Assembly (NCBI GenBank): GCA_046313635.1
Contig: JBKBYA010000014.1
Span: 1-64,000, forward strand
Reading direction: 5' to 3'
Length of the DNA: 64,000 nucleotides
Source: Pyrinomonadaceae bacterium
GTDB lineage: Bacteria; Acidobacteriota; Blastocatellia; Pyrinomonadales; Pyrinomonadaceae
Shown here: piece by piece, positions 17,176 through 26,989 of the stretch
Numbering within the stretch: the stretch's first letter is position 1
Layout of the letters: the number at the start of each line of letters is the position of its first letter
Translations under genes and position numbers: made by a program
The notes under the pieces: model-generated
What the model was told of the DNA's origin: nothing
The model's database searches: none
What the model saw: the letters and a program-made list of their open reading frames with translations, nothing else

Positions 17176-17929
17176 CTAAAAAACATATCCCTATGCCCGC
17201 ATATTTTGGCCGCGTGGTTCGGTTCGGCACTTAATGTCCGCAAAAATCCGCACTCACGGGCCGTTTTCGGGTCGATCCGAGGGGCGTTTTGACCGGCGTG
17301 GGCATCGGCCTGACGGCCTTTTCCCTCCCCTGCAGCGGGTAGATCCGGCTCGAGCCTCAGACTGGAGATCTGGGTGAGGAACGACGGGACGACCGACCAA
17401 AAACGCACGGCCTGACGGCCGGCTTCTCCCTTCCCACAGCGGCCGTTCGAGTCGGTCAGGTGACAAACACACAAACGGCAGCCGGAGGGTCTCCACAAAG
17501 CAACATGTGTGTGTCATGTGACAGCTTTCGGCCAAAAATTTTCGGAAAATTTCCCGTTCACGGGGCCGCGGGGGAGCCCGCCGGGGGACCCAGGTCCGCA
17601 GATCATAAAAAAACATGAAAATTCGCTGTCGGGAAGTGAGTTTCCGGCTATTTTCGAGAGCGGATTTTCGTTGTGGCACGCGGATTGCGATTAGAGGAAT
17701 ATTATATAATAACTTAGTACTCCATCAAGGTTTAGTAGTTATTAAATAACCTGGGTAATCCGTCAAGATTAATTACACAGGTTTTTTATCTCTTGTTTTC
17801 TGTTGTGTTGGTAACCAAGAGAGAGACCTACTTATTGAATCAAAGGGCCGCACGTCGAAATTTTGACCTTCGATCTCATGACCTCGGCGGGAGCCGCCGC
17901 GGGGAGTTATCCAGCCTGGACTTTTACAC

Positions 17930-17959
17930 TTGACATAGACTTTACACCTGGTTTATCAT
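17930..17959 (+). promoter_or_regulatory. Rightward sigma70-type promoter
   Basis: TTGACA-N18-TATCAT; a further extended -10 (TGGTACAAT) near 18043-18051. Confidence 0.6.
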
Positions 17960-18122
17960 TGGCTCCGGATCGAATTGGAGCCCAGCTCACGACGATCCGG
18001 TGCGAAAAGATAGATTCACGAGTTAGCAATTCTGTTTGTCTGTGGTACAATGGAAATAGGGCTGATTCCCGCCTGGCCCGAGACCGACCTAAAGTCTCAT
18101 CGATTTACACGGACGAACCTCA

Positions 18123-18425
18123 GTGGACACTTATCGCGAAGGCCTGCGGCGTTTGGCTCGAAAGGTGATCATCGAATCACTTCTCGATTACGTCAAGGCT
18201 CACAAAACTCTGGCCCGGCCTAATGCCTCGCCGCAGATGAGGCAGAACGCCGCAGACATCCAGGCCGATGTGAAGAGCTTCTTCAACGGCCGGGAGTCGG
18301 ACCCCTGGTTTGAGCTGTCCGGATACAACCGCGAATGGTTGTTCGCGAACTTCGTAAACCTTGCGTCCGATCCGCAGCGGATGATCGACGCGGCCAAGAT
18401 CCGACTAAGCGACACCGAACAATGA
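18123..18425 (+). CDS. Conserved phage hypothetical protein
   Basis: LA..VI.....DY.......FF pattern; first gene of rightward block. Confidence 0.6.
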   Translation: MDTYREGLRRLARKVIIESLLDYVKAHKTLARPNASPQMRQNAADIQADVKSFFNGRESDPWFELSGYNREWLFANFVNLASDPQRMIDAAKIRLSDTEQ

Positions 18426-18853
18426 ACGAAACCGAGAAGATCGAAACAGGCTCCGCCCAAAAACCGGCGAGGTGGATCGTACGCCACTTTGGGCTCAATC
18501 GGGCTGCCCGCCGCCATTACCAGCGTGTTGCCCGGACGAACGCCCCGGGCTCCAAGGCGAACCTCGACGCCCGTCGCTATCTGGACCTCACGCCGCAGAA
18601 CCAGCCGATCCGGAAGATTCTGATCGACGACCGTGCGACGTACCTGTTCGAGCCGCAGTTCTTCGCCGGACAGAAGGCCTACCGCGAGGCGTTCAACCGG
18701 CGACTGGCCGAGATCGCCGCTCTGCCCGAGGAAGAACGTACGAATGCAGAGAACCTGACCGGTGTCGGCAATCCCTTCATGGTCGCGTCCAAGGCCTTTT
18801 TCGAGGCGATCTCCGCGTTTCTCAAGAACCAGACGGCCGAAGCAAATGGCTAA
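18422..18853 (+). CDS. Hypothetical protein
   Basis: ATGA overlap; start re-called at MNETEK. Confidence 0.6.
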   Translation: MNETEKIETGSAQKPARWIVRHFGLNRAARRHYQRVARTNAPGSKANLDARRYLDLTPQNQPIRKILIDDRATYLFEPQFFAGQKAYREAFNRRLAEIAALPEEERTNAENLTGVGNPFMVASKAFFEAISAFLKNQTAEANG

Positions 18854-20021
18854 ATTCGACCTAAATCCTCGATCGGACCGCAGGACCGGCCTCCGGCTGA
18901 TCGATTACTTCGACGCGGCGGAGCATCTCGGCGTCCCGGTCGCATACGTTCGTGCGGTCGACGCTGTCGAGTCGGCCGGGTCCGGCTTTTTGCCGTCCGG
19001 ACGGCCGAAGATGCTGTTCGAGGGGCACATCTTTCACGAGCTGACCGGCGGCAAGTTCTCGAGGAACTTCCCGACCATCTCGTACCCGAGATGGACAAAG
19101 CAGTTCTACAAGGGCGGAGAGGCCGAGTACAGACGTCTCGAGATGGCGATGGACCTCGATCCGGCTGCGGCTCTCAAATCGGCGAGCTGGGGCCGGTTCC
19201 AGATCCTCGGTCGGCACCACGGTGCCTGCGGGTACGCGTTGGTCGAGTCCTTTGTCGCGTCAATGTTCGACTCGGAGTCGAATCATCTCGACGCGTTCGT
19301 CGATTTTGTCGAGGCGGCGGGTCTTGACGACGAGCTGCAACGTGCCGACTGGGCTGGTTTTGCCCGCGGCTACAACGGCCCGGCCTACCGCCGCAACCAG
19401 TACGACGTCAAACTCGCCAACGCCGCCAAGAAATTCTCCAAGATCTATCTCGCGGACAAGCCTGGGGTCACGACCGCCAAGGTCGACGATGTCCTCAAGG
19501 CCGACTGCGTGTCAGCGGACGTCCCGTGCGGCAACACGTCGCTTGACGACCGCTATTTAACAGTTTCCCTGCCCGTTGAAACAGACACGACGGAAGATGA
19601 CGGTCTTGCAACAAAACCCGTCAGTAAACCTGCCTCTATCCCTCCGACTGTTTCATCCGAAACCAGCACTTCAAACTCCACGCTTGCGGATCACGCTGGA
19701 TCTTCTGCTTCACCGGAGGGGGCCGAGCCCTCGAGCCCGGCCCTCACGGAACGTCTCAACGGGACATTGGAAAGGGTCAGCCGCGTTCAGGACAAGATCG
19801 ACGCCGTCAACGGTGTCGTTTCGCGTGTGAACGGGTCGACCAAATCGCTACTCACCATGATATGGGGACACATCGTCCAGATCTTTTGGATGGTGCTGAC
19901 CTTTTTTGCCGCCATCCCGCTGAAGTACTGGGCCGTCGGTGCCCTGATCTTTGCGGCGTTGTGCGTGGTCTACATTTACCGACAGACCGTCCTCGACAGA
20001 CTTCGGCTGATCTCGTCCTGA
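18846..20021 (+). CDS. Endolysin, N-acetylmuramidase (DUF3380-type) with C-terminal transmembrane helices
   Basis: AV..VES.G.GF...GRP..LFE.H.F, SASWG.FQI.G, W..FAR.YNGP.Y..N.YD.KL motifs. Confidence 0.9.
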   Translation: MAKFDLNPRSDRRTGLRLIDYFDAAEHLGVPVAYVRAVDAVESAGSGFLPSGRPKMLFEGHIFHELTGGKFSRNFPTISYPRWTKQFYKGGEAEYRRLEMAMDLDPAAALKSASWGRFQILGRHHGACGYALVESFVASMFDSESNHLDAFVDFVEAAGLDDELQRADWAGFARGYNGPAYRRNQYDVKLANAAKKFSKIYLADKPGVTTAKVDDVLKADCVSADVPCGNTSLDDRYLTVSLPVETDTTEDDGLATKPVSKPASIPPTVSSETSTSNSTLADHAGSSASPEGAEPSSPALTERLNGTLERVSRVQDKIDAVNGVVSRVNGSTKSLLTMIWGHIVQIFWMVLTFFAAIPLKYWAVGALIFAALCVVYIYRQTVLDRLRLISS

Positions 20022-20092
20022 CCGGCCGACGACTCGTGACTTCCCCGGCCATGAGCTTTTCACAACCTTCACCCGCCGCTTCCACCCCGACC

Positions 20093-20341
20093 ATGTCACT
20101 TATCACCCCACACGACGGCTACGCGTATTTCGGAGGAATGTTCGCGACCGCAACGACCGGTTTTTTTGCCGGGCTCGAGCCCGTCGCGGCCGCCGGCGTC
20201 TCGGTGATCCTGCCGGCGTTGGTACTGCTCGTCGTAAACCTGCCCAAGTTCCTCCGGGAACTTTTACTGCTTTACCGTGAATACAAACGAAACCCCGACA
20301 ACGACACTCGGCCGACTGAGAGAACTGGCGACGACGCGTGA
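20093..20341 (+). CDS. Putative holin
   Basis: Small hydrophobic protein with charged C-terminus right after the endolysin. Confidence 0.5.
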   Translation: MSLITPHDGYAYFGGMFATATTGFFAGLEPVAAAGVSVILPALVLLVVNLPKFLRELLLLYREYKRNPDNDTRPTERTGDDA

Positions 20342-20723
20342 TGTGGTACGTGCCACACTCTTTGCGGCGGTTCTTGTGGCCGTAATTGTTGTCTTTGCGT
20401 GGTGTACCGCTCCGGACGACATAGACGGGCCTGAGGCAGTCGTCATAGAGACCCGGGCCGAGGACCTGCACCGAGGCAGCCGCGAGGAACTCGCCGCCGC
20501 CGACCGTGCGGCCGAGGAGTCGAAGCGGATCGAGATCGAACGCGAACAGGCCAGGACATCGCTCGCCGACGCCCGCGGACGGGCCGGGACGAGAGCCGCC
20601 GAAAGGCGTCGACTGGAGAGAGAATATGAAGAGATTCGCCGTAAGAATGTTGTTGTCGATGACGCTGATCTTGACGATCGCGAGCGTCGGCTACTCGCAA
20701 GACTCCGCGAGCTCCAGCCCTGA
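20277..20723 (+). CDS. Putative i-spanin-like protein
   Basis: N-terminal TM helix plus coiled coil in lysis cassette. Confidence 0.5.
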   Translation: MNTNETPTTTLGRLRELATTRDVVRATLFAAVLVAVIVVFAWCTAPDDIDGPEAVVIETRAEDLHRGSREELAAADRAAEESKRIEIEREQARTSLADARGRAGTRAAERRRLEREYEEIRRKNVVVDDADLDDRERRLLARLRELQP

Positions 20724-21102
20724 CGACGCCCGTGCCCGACGGGCCGAGCTGGTCTCTCGCTGCGAGGCCGCGGCCGACGAGGTCGAGTCGTCGCGAAAGG
20801 TGATCGACGCCCTCCGCAGGGAGATCGACGCCAAGGACAAGGTCCTCGGACTCGCCCTCGCGAAGGGCGATCTCGACGAGTCGCAGATCGCCGCACAGAA
20901 GAGCGAGATCGACCATCTCAGGCGTTCGCTCGAACGGGAGACGGCCGCGTACGAGACGGCCAAAAAGGCCCTCGACGCGTACAAGAAGGAGTTGGCCAAG
21001 GTCACCAAGAAGAAGAACTTTTTCAAGACGATGACCAAGGTCCTTGCCGTCACCACGCTGGTCGCCGCCGGGGCCGTCGGGGTGCTGCTCGTCAAACCGT
21101 AG
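20626..21102 (+). CDS. Spanin-like coiled-coil protein (signal peptide plus C-terminal TM)
   Basis: Overlaps previous gene; MKRFAVRMLLS... leader, coiled coil, hydrophobic C-terminus. Confidence 0.55.
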   Translation: MKRFAVRMLLSMTLILTIASVGYSQDSASSSPDDARARRAELVSRCEAAADEVESSRKVIDALRREIDAKDKVLGLALAKGDLDESQIAAQKSEIDHLRRSLERETAAYETAKKALDAYKKELAKVTKKKNFFKTMTKVLAVTTLVAAGAVGVLLVKP

Positions 21103-21123
21103 CCGCCCCCAGGGAGGTCCGAC

Positions 21124-21555
21124 ATGAAAAAGATACTTGCCGCCGTTCTCGTCTTGCTGACGCTGTTTGCCTCGACCGTGGGTCTGCAGGTGAGGCTCCC
21201 GGCCCTCTCGAGCTACGACGTCGTCGCCCGCACCAGGTCGGTCGTCGTGATGGTCGACACCGGGAACGCGGTCATCGACCGGACGACGGTCTCGTTCTCG
21301 ATGCTCATGGCTGCCGTCTTACGAGAGACCGCCGTCGGGATCGCCTTAGACCACAACAATCACATCTTTGTTTCGGTCACGGCCGATTGCGGCAGCCGTA
21401 AGTTCGCAGTGACCGGACGCCGCGGACGGATCGGCGGCAGGGCTTTTGCCGAGACGCCGAGGGTCGTCGCGATGACGGTCGCCGCGGAGGACTCCCTCGA
21501 GGACGCGGTCATCGGGTACGTTTGCTACAAAAAGGGCGGCATGGTCGCCGAATAG
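21124..21555 (+). CDS. Hypothetical secreted/membrane protein
   Basis: MKKILAAVLVLLTLFAS signal-like start, GGAGG upstream. Confidence 0.6.
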   Translation: MKKILAAVLVLLTLFASTVGLQVRLPALSSYDVVARTRSVVVMVDTGNAVIDRTTVSFSMLMAAVLRETAVGIALDHNNHIFVSVTADCGSRKFAVTGRRGRIGGRAFAETPRVVAMTVAAEDSLEDAVIGYVCYKKGGMVAE

Positions 21556-21560
21556 ATAAA

Positions 21561-22157
21561 TTGGCCAAGAACGACAAGACAAAATACAAGCTCTTCGCGG
21601 CGTACTACGTCGGCGAGGCGAATTTCAATGCGACCCGGGCGGCCGAGCTGGCCGGGTTCAAGGCGTCGACCAAAGGCTCTCTGCAGACACAGGCGAGTGC
21701 CGCGATGCAGATGCCCGAGGTACAGGAGTACATACGGGAGCACGTCCGTGCGACCCAGATCACACAGGAGGAGCTGCTCCGCGAGATGTCCGATCTTGCT
21801 CGTTGGAACTGGCGTGATCAGGTCGAGGAGGTCGCGACGATGGAGCAGGCCAAGGTCTTTGACACGATGATGCGTGGCAAGGTCAAGGCACTCTCCGATC
21901 TGATGAAGCTGCACTCGTCGGATCTCGCCAAGGAGATGGCCAAGGTACGAAAGGCGATCGAGCAGCACCGCGAGCAGTTCCCGGACATGTCGGACGCCGA
22001 ACGTGCCGACGTGTTCAAAGCCTATATCGATCCGAAGATGGTCGAGCAGGTCATGCGTGAACTGCTCGCCGAGGTCGAGAACCGCAAGCGTCTGGCCGAG
22101 GCCGAAGCCGAGGTCGCGGACCCGTTCGGAACGACGGAAGTAGGGACGGTCCAGTAA
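21561..22157 (+). CDS. terS: Terminase small subunit
   Basis: F...Y.....NATRAAELAG...A......PEV..YI motif; TTG start chosen. Confidence 0.85.
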   Translation: MAKNDKTKYKLFAAYYVGEANFNATRAAELAGFKASTKGSLQTQASAAMQMPEVQEYIREHVRATQITQEELLREMSDLARWNWRDQVEEVATMEQAKVFDTMMRGKVKALSDLMKLHSSDLAKEMAKVRKAIEQHREQFPDMSDAERADVFKAYIDPKMVEQVMRELLAEVENRKRLAEAEAEVADPFGTTEVGTVQ

Positions 22158-22639
22158 TGGCAAATATCTATTTTCACCAGGAGTTTCCTGACCGGTACCG
22201 CGACGAGCTGACCGGTCTGATCCGTGAATTCGAGCTGATGCTGCCGCTGTGGGTCCAGCGGGTAGAGGTCAGGCTTCAGGAGCCGGAGGCGGGCGACTGG
22301 GCGTCGATGTCACTGCTCAAGGAGTACCGGCGGGTCAATCTCTTCATCGACACGGAACTGTTTGCCCAGACCCGAGACTATCAACGCGAGGTGGTGCTGC
22401 ACGAGATAAATCACTGCTTCAACGCCCAGCCCGGGGACGTCGCCCACGAGATCCTCGCTCTGCTCATCCCGAACGGACCCGAGACCCAGGACGAGGCGGC
22501 AAGGCAATTGTTCCAGGTACTCAAGACACGGATCAGCGAGGCCGTAGAGTCGGCCAACACCGACCTGACCTACTCGGTCCTGCGTTTCGCCGATCACCTT
22601 AACGGCCGCCGGCCGGACAGTTTCGAGGACTCGTTTTGA
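22157..22639 (+). CDS. Putative zinc metallopeptidase-like protein
   Basis: VVLHEINH (HExxH). Confidence 0.55.
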   Translation: MANIYFHQEFPDRYRDELTGLIREFELMLPLWVQRVEVRLQEPEAGDWASMSLLKEYRRVNLFIDTELFAQTRDYQREVVLHEINHCFNAQPGDVAHEILALLIPNGPETQDEAARQLFQVLKTRISEAVESANTDLTYSVLRFADHLNGRRPDSFEDSF

Positions 22640-22986
22640 TGCAGCTCCCTCCCGTTCCGAAGATCTCGTACGTCGCCGCACCGCTCTCGGTGTGGCGTCG
22701 CAACAAAGGGATGGTGTGTCTCTTTTTCGAGTGCGAGAGCGAGCAGGTCTCTGGTTTTATCGCACTGCCGGTGCCGAAGTGGTTTCGCCGCCACGAGTCG
22801 GTCCGGTACGTCCCGGAAAGGGTCACGACCGGGACCGACAACGGAGCGAAAGGGCTCTCCTACACCAGGTGCCGGGCCGTCCGCCGCGGTCTCAAAGATT
22901 ATCTCGAAGACGTGGTTCGACATAAGGTCGACCGCCTGATCGCCCGCCGGCGATACCTCGCCTCACTACCAGCCAACGCAAATTGA
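22636..22986 (+). CDS. Hypothetical protein
   Basis: Fills gap between coupled genes. Confidence 0.45.
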   Translation: MMQLPPVPKISYVAAPLSVWRRNKGMVCLFFECESEQVSGFIALPVPKWFRRHESVRYVPERVTTGTDNGAKGLSYTRCRAVRRGLKDYLEDVVRHKVDRLIARRRYLASLPANAN

Positions 22987-24311
22987 CCCACACCGTCGAC
23001 CCCGCACAATCGGTCCTCCCTCTGCTCGCCGCCCACGGTCTCGTGCCGGCGACAAAGTCGCTGGATGTCCAGTTCCGCCGGCCGCACCCGGCCCAGGCCA
23101 AGGTGCGTCGCGAGATGAAGCGTTTCAACGTCGCGTCGTGCGGCCGCAGATTCGGAAAAACGCACATGTGCGTGGACTGGGTCCTCGAGCCGTCGGTGAA
23201 GGACGCCCTTCCGGTAGCGTGGTTCGCCCCGACCTTCAAGATGCTCTCGGAGGTCTTTAACGACGTCGCGAAGATCCTCGGCAACGAGAACATCGCCTCA
23301 AAGAACAAGCAGCAGGGCGAGATCGTGCTCAAGAACGGCGGCCGGGTCGACTTCTGGTCGCTCGAGGCCGCCCCGACGCTCCGCGGCCGCAAGTACGCCC
23401 GCGTCGTCGTCGACGAGGCCGCCCACGTCAAGTGCGATCTGCAGAAGGTCTGGGAAGAGGTCATCCGACCGACATTGACCGACTACAAGGGCGACGCCTT
23501 CTTTATCTCCACGCCGAACGGCTACAACTTTTTCCGCACGCTCTTCGAACGCGGCGAGGACCCGAAGTACCCGGAGTGGATCTGTTGGCAGCTCCCGACG
23601 ACGGCCAATCCGTTCATCGACCCGAAAGAGGTCGAGCAGGCCCGCGAGGAATTGGACGAGCAGTCGTTCCAGCAGGAGTATCTCGCGGCGTTTCTCAGGG
23701 ACGAGGGCAAGGTCTTTCGGAATGTCGAGGCCAATTTGATCTCGCCGGAGGGACAGACCCCGGAGATGCACGCCGGGCACAATCTGGTCGCCGGTGTCGA
23801 CTGGGCCCAGATCAAGGACTTCACGGTCAACTCGATCGGATGTGCGACGTGCCGCCAGGAGGTGTTTCTCGACCGATTCAATCAGATCGAATTTCACTTT
23901 CAGCGTGAGCGTCTGATCAGCGAGTGGGTCCGCTGGGGAGTCCGCACCGCCCGCGTCGAGGAGAACTCGATCGGCAAGCCCAACTACGAGGAGCTGGTCC
24001 GAAGTGCCCCGAAACTGAACGACGGACGTGCGATCAATCTGAGGCTCGTGCGTCTGACGTCGGAGTCGAAGCCGAAACTCGTACAGGCCCTCGCCCTTTC
24101 GCTCGAGAAAGAGCAGTTCCAGTTTTTGCCGTCGGTCGTCGGACGCAACGAGCTGCTCGCGTACGAGGCGAAGGTCAACCCCAACACCGGACGGATCGTC
24201 TACACGGCCCCGGCCGGAGCTCACGACGACACGGTCGTCGCCAGATTCATCATGCTCTCGAATGTGCACTCGGGCGGCGTCGCCCGTGTGCTCAACTTCC
24301 GAGTGAGATAA
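22983..24311 (+). CDS. terL: Terminase large subunit
   Basis: GRRFGKT Walker A, VVVDEAA Walker B, ISTPNG, GVDWA nuclease Asp, HDD. Confidence 0.95.
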   Translation: MTHTVDPAQSVLPLLAAHGLVPATKSLDVQFRRPHPAQAKVRREMKRFNVASCGRRFGKTHMCVDWVLEPSVKDALPVAWFAPTFKMLSEVFNDVAKILGNENIASKNKQQGEIVLKNGGRVDFWSLEAAPTLRGRKYARVVVDEAAHVKCDLQKVWEEVIRPTLTDYKGDAFFISTPNGYNFFRTLFERGEDPKYPEWICWQLPTTANPFIDPKEVEQAREELDEQSFQQEYLAAFLRDEGKVFRNVEANLISPEGQTPEMHAGHNLVAGVDWAQIKDFTVNSIGCATCRQEVFLDRFNQIEFHFQRERLISEWVRWGVRTARVEENSIGKPNYEELVRSAPKLNDGRAINLRLVRLTSESKPKLVQALALSLEKEQFQFLPSVVGRNELLAYEAKVNPNTGRIVYTAPAGAHDDTVVARFIMLSNVHSGGVARVLNFRVR

Positions 24312-24323
24312 CCCGCCACTATT

Positions 24324-25961
24324 ATGTCAATCCTGATCAATGACGAGAGCGGCCTCAAGTATAAGCTGCTGCCGCTGGAGGCCGCGGACGAGGACAAGCC
24401 GTCGTACATGTGTGCCGCCTACATGCGGATGATGCCCGGATGGACGCTGGTCGACGACGTCTACGCCGGGACCTTCCGGATCCGCAAGAAGCGTCGGACG
24501 TACCTGCCGCAGTTCCCTCTCGAGTCGAACGAGGCCTACAACGACCGGTGCAACGTCGCCGTGTTGATGAACGTCTACGCACGGACGGTCGACGCGATGG
24601 TCGGGCTGGTGATCGGCAGCGGTCTAAAGACGACCGTGCCGGACGCGATCAAGGACCATCTCAAGAACATCGACAACGCCGGGACGACCTTTGAGGTATT
24701 TGCCCGCGAGATCCTCCGCGACGCCTTCCGCGGACACTGCGTGGTGCTCATCGACTTTCCGCTGGTGCCGGAGGGTGAGCTGCCGCAGAACCGGGCGGAG
24801 CTGCCGAAGATGAAGTTCCGTCCGTACTGGACGCGGTTCCGTCCGGAGGACGTCATCAACTGGCGGACCGAGGTCGTCAACGGCGAGACGATCGTCACGC
24901 AGATCACGTTTCGCGAGTGTGTGTCCGTGCCGTCGGGCGATTTCGGTGAAAAGGAAGAGACCCGGTACATCCGCTGGTACATGACGACCGACAAAGAAGG
25001 CAAGCCCGTCGCGGCCTACAAGAAGTACCGCGAGACCGAGCGGCAGGAGCGGGTCGGACGCAGCAACCGAAAGCGGACCGTCAAGGTGTTTGAGGTCATC
25101 GCCGAGGGAGTGACGCACATCGACCGGATCCCGATCTTTGTCGTCTACGGCGACCAGGAAGGCGGCAAGATCCTCGAGTCCAAGCCGCCGCTGCTCGATC
25201 TCGCCCACAAGAATGTCGAGCACCTGCAGATCGACTCGGATTACAAAAAGGGAGTCGCGATCGCCGGTATCGCACTGCCGGTCATCTCGACGCAGAAATC
25301 GGACGACGACCTGAAGACCAACTTTGCCTGGGACCAGTTTTTGGTGCTCGGCGAGAACGAGAAGTTCGAGTGGTGCGAGGCGAACGGCAATGCCCTGCCG
25401 AACAAGCGTGTCGCACTCGAGGACATCAAACGCGAGATGGGCGTGCTCGGTCTGAGCCTCATCGCCGAGCGTGCCGACGCCAATATCACCGCGACCGAAC
25501 GCGTGCTCGACTCGGTGCAGCAGTCGAACCAGCTCATGGTCATCCAGGACTCGCTGATGCAGGGCCTGCGTCGCGGTCTCGAGATCCACTACCAGTGGAT
25601 GAACCGCAAGCCGACCGAGGCCGACAAGATCGAGGTCTCTCTCGGACTCGACTGGACCGAGCTGGTACGGTCGGCCGACCACATGCAGATGCTCTTTGAG
25701 ATGGCCAAGGAGGATTTCCTCTCGACGCTGACCGTGATCGAATCGGCGGTCAAGTACGGAGTGCTGCCGAGCTTTGTCAAACCCGAGGACGAGGTCGCAC
25801 GGCTCAAGAAAGAGGGCCGCGTCCGGCAGTCCCGATTCGACATGAAGTCGACGACGACCGGAAAGGTCGGAGCAAAGGGCACGAAGCTCGACACCAAGGA
25901 CGAATCCGGAGGCGACAACGAGTCGACCTCGCCCTCCATGAGCGAGAGCGGCGGGTCGTAA
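24324..25961 (+). CDS. Portal protein (DUF4055-type)
   Basis: Follows terL; YLP....ES...Y..R...A...N...RT, PPLLDLA..N..H motifs. Confidence 0.9.
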   Translation: MSILINDESGLKYKLLPLEAADEDKPSYMCAAYMRMMPGWTLVDDVYAGTFRIRKKRRTYLPQFPLESNEAYNDRCNVAVLMNVYARTVDAMVGLVIGSGLKTTVPDAIKDHLKNIDNAGTTFEVFAREILRDAFRGHCVVLIDFPLVPEGELPQNRAELPKMKFRPYWTRFRPEDVINWRTEVVNGETIVTQITFRECVSVPSGDFGEKEETRYIRWYMTTDKEGKPVAAYKKYRETERQERVGRSNRKRTVKVFEVIAEGVTHIDRIPIFVVYGDQEGGKILESKPPLLDLAHKNVEHLQIDSDYKKGVAIAGIALPVISTQKSDDDLKTNFAWDQFLVLGENEKFEWCEANGNALPNKRVALEDIKREMGVLGLSLIAERADANITATERVLDSVQQSNQLMVIQDSLMQGLRRGLEIHYQWMNRKPTEADKIEVSLGLDWTELVRSADHMQMLFEMAKEDFLSTLTVIESAVKYGVLPSFVKPEDEVARLKKEGRVRQSRFDMKSTTTGKVGAKGTKLDTKDESGGDNESTSPSMSESGGS

Positions 25962-26166
25962 CCTTCGCTTAAGTCTTTGTCATATGTTACAATAAAAATT
26001 GAGCAGTTATCCAAGACCGCTCACTTTCTCCTCCTCGCGTGCTCACGCGGACCAACGGTTCCCCGGCCTTTGGTCCGCGTAATTTACCGCTAACAACCCT
26101 CATTCCCCGTGACCGCGTGACGCGGCCGGGCTTGGTCCTACAAAGGAAAGGGATTTTCCGAAAACA

Positions 26167-26937
26167 ATGGCACTCAAACAAATTCTCACGTCCGATGAGT
26201 ACGGCGTACTCGCGGACCCGGTAAAGGAACACTACGTCCAGGACGGTGACAGCTACAAGCTCGAGACCGACTTTGTCCCGGAAAACGTCGACGGCCTCAA
26301 GTCGGCCCTCGAAAAGGAGCGTCAGGAGCGAAAGAGCCTGGCCGAGCAGATCAAAAAGTACAAGGACATCGACCCGGACAAGGCCCGCGAAGCCTTCACG
26401 AGGCTGAAGGAACTCGAGGAAAAGGAACTCCTCGAAGCAAAGAATTTTGAAGAGCTCAAGGAGCGTCTGAAACAGGAGAAGGACAACGAGATCAACTCCG
26501 TCAAGACAGACCTCACCACGAAGCTCACCAGGACCGAAGAGAAGCTCAAGCAGGTGCTGATCACGAAGGCGATCATCGCCGAGGCCGCGAAGAAAGAGGC
26601 CTATGAGGATTCTCTGGAAGTGTTTGCCGATATCGCGAGCAAATTTGTGACGCTTGAGATCGGCGACGACGACATTGAGGTCAAGGTCGCGGACGGCAAA
26701 GGCAGCAACATCGCCGAGCTGGTCAGCAACCTGGCCGACACCCCTCAGTTCGGGGTATTTTTCAAGGCCGGAGTCTCCGCGGGAAGCGGGTCCTCGGCGA
26801 ACAGAACAGGCGGCGGTGGCGGCGGGTCCGCACGGCCCACAACGAAGAAAGCGTCCGAGATGACGAGTTCCGAAAAGGCGAAGTACATCAACGAGAACGG
26901 CCTCCAGGCTTGGACAAAACTACTTGCTGCCGGCTAA
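26167..26937 (+). CDS. Capsid scaffolding protein
   Basis: HY...GD.Y.L, GLKSALEKER coiled coil, Gly-rich linker, EMT..EKA.YI...G C-terminus. Confidence 0.85.
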   Translation: MALKQILTSDEYGVLADPVKEHYVQDGDSYKLETDFVPENVDGLKSALEKERQERKSLAEQIKKYKDIDPDKAREAFTRLKELEEKELLEAKNFEELKERLKQEKDNEINSVKTDLTTKLTRTEEKLKQVLITKAIIAEAAKKEAYEDSLEVFADIASKFVTLEIGDDDIEVKVADGKGSNIAELVSNLADTPQFGVFFKAGVSAGSGSSANRTGGGGGGSARPTTKKASEMTSSEKAKYINENGLQAWTKLLAAG

Positions 26938-26989
26938 CCGATCCCGGCCCCCATTCCACAAGCTCAGACCCACCACCTAACACCCCATT

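Noticed and set aside
16949..17694. ORFs in the divergence zone
   Set aside because: Atypical composition, no start context, overlap with cis-elements
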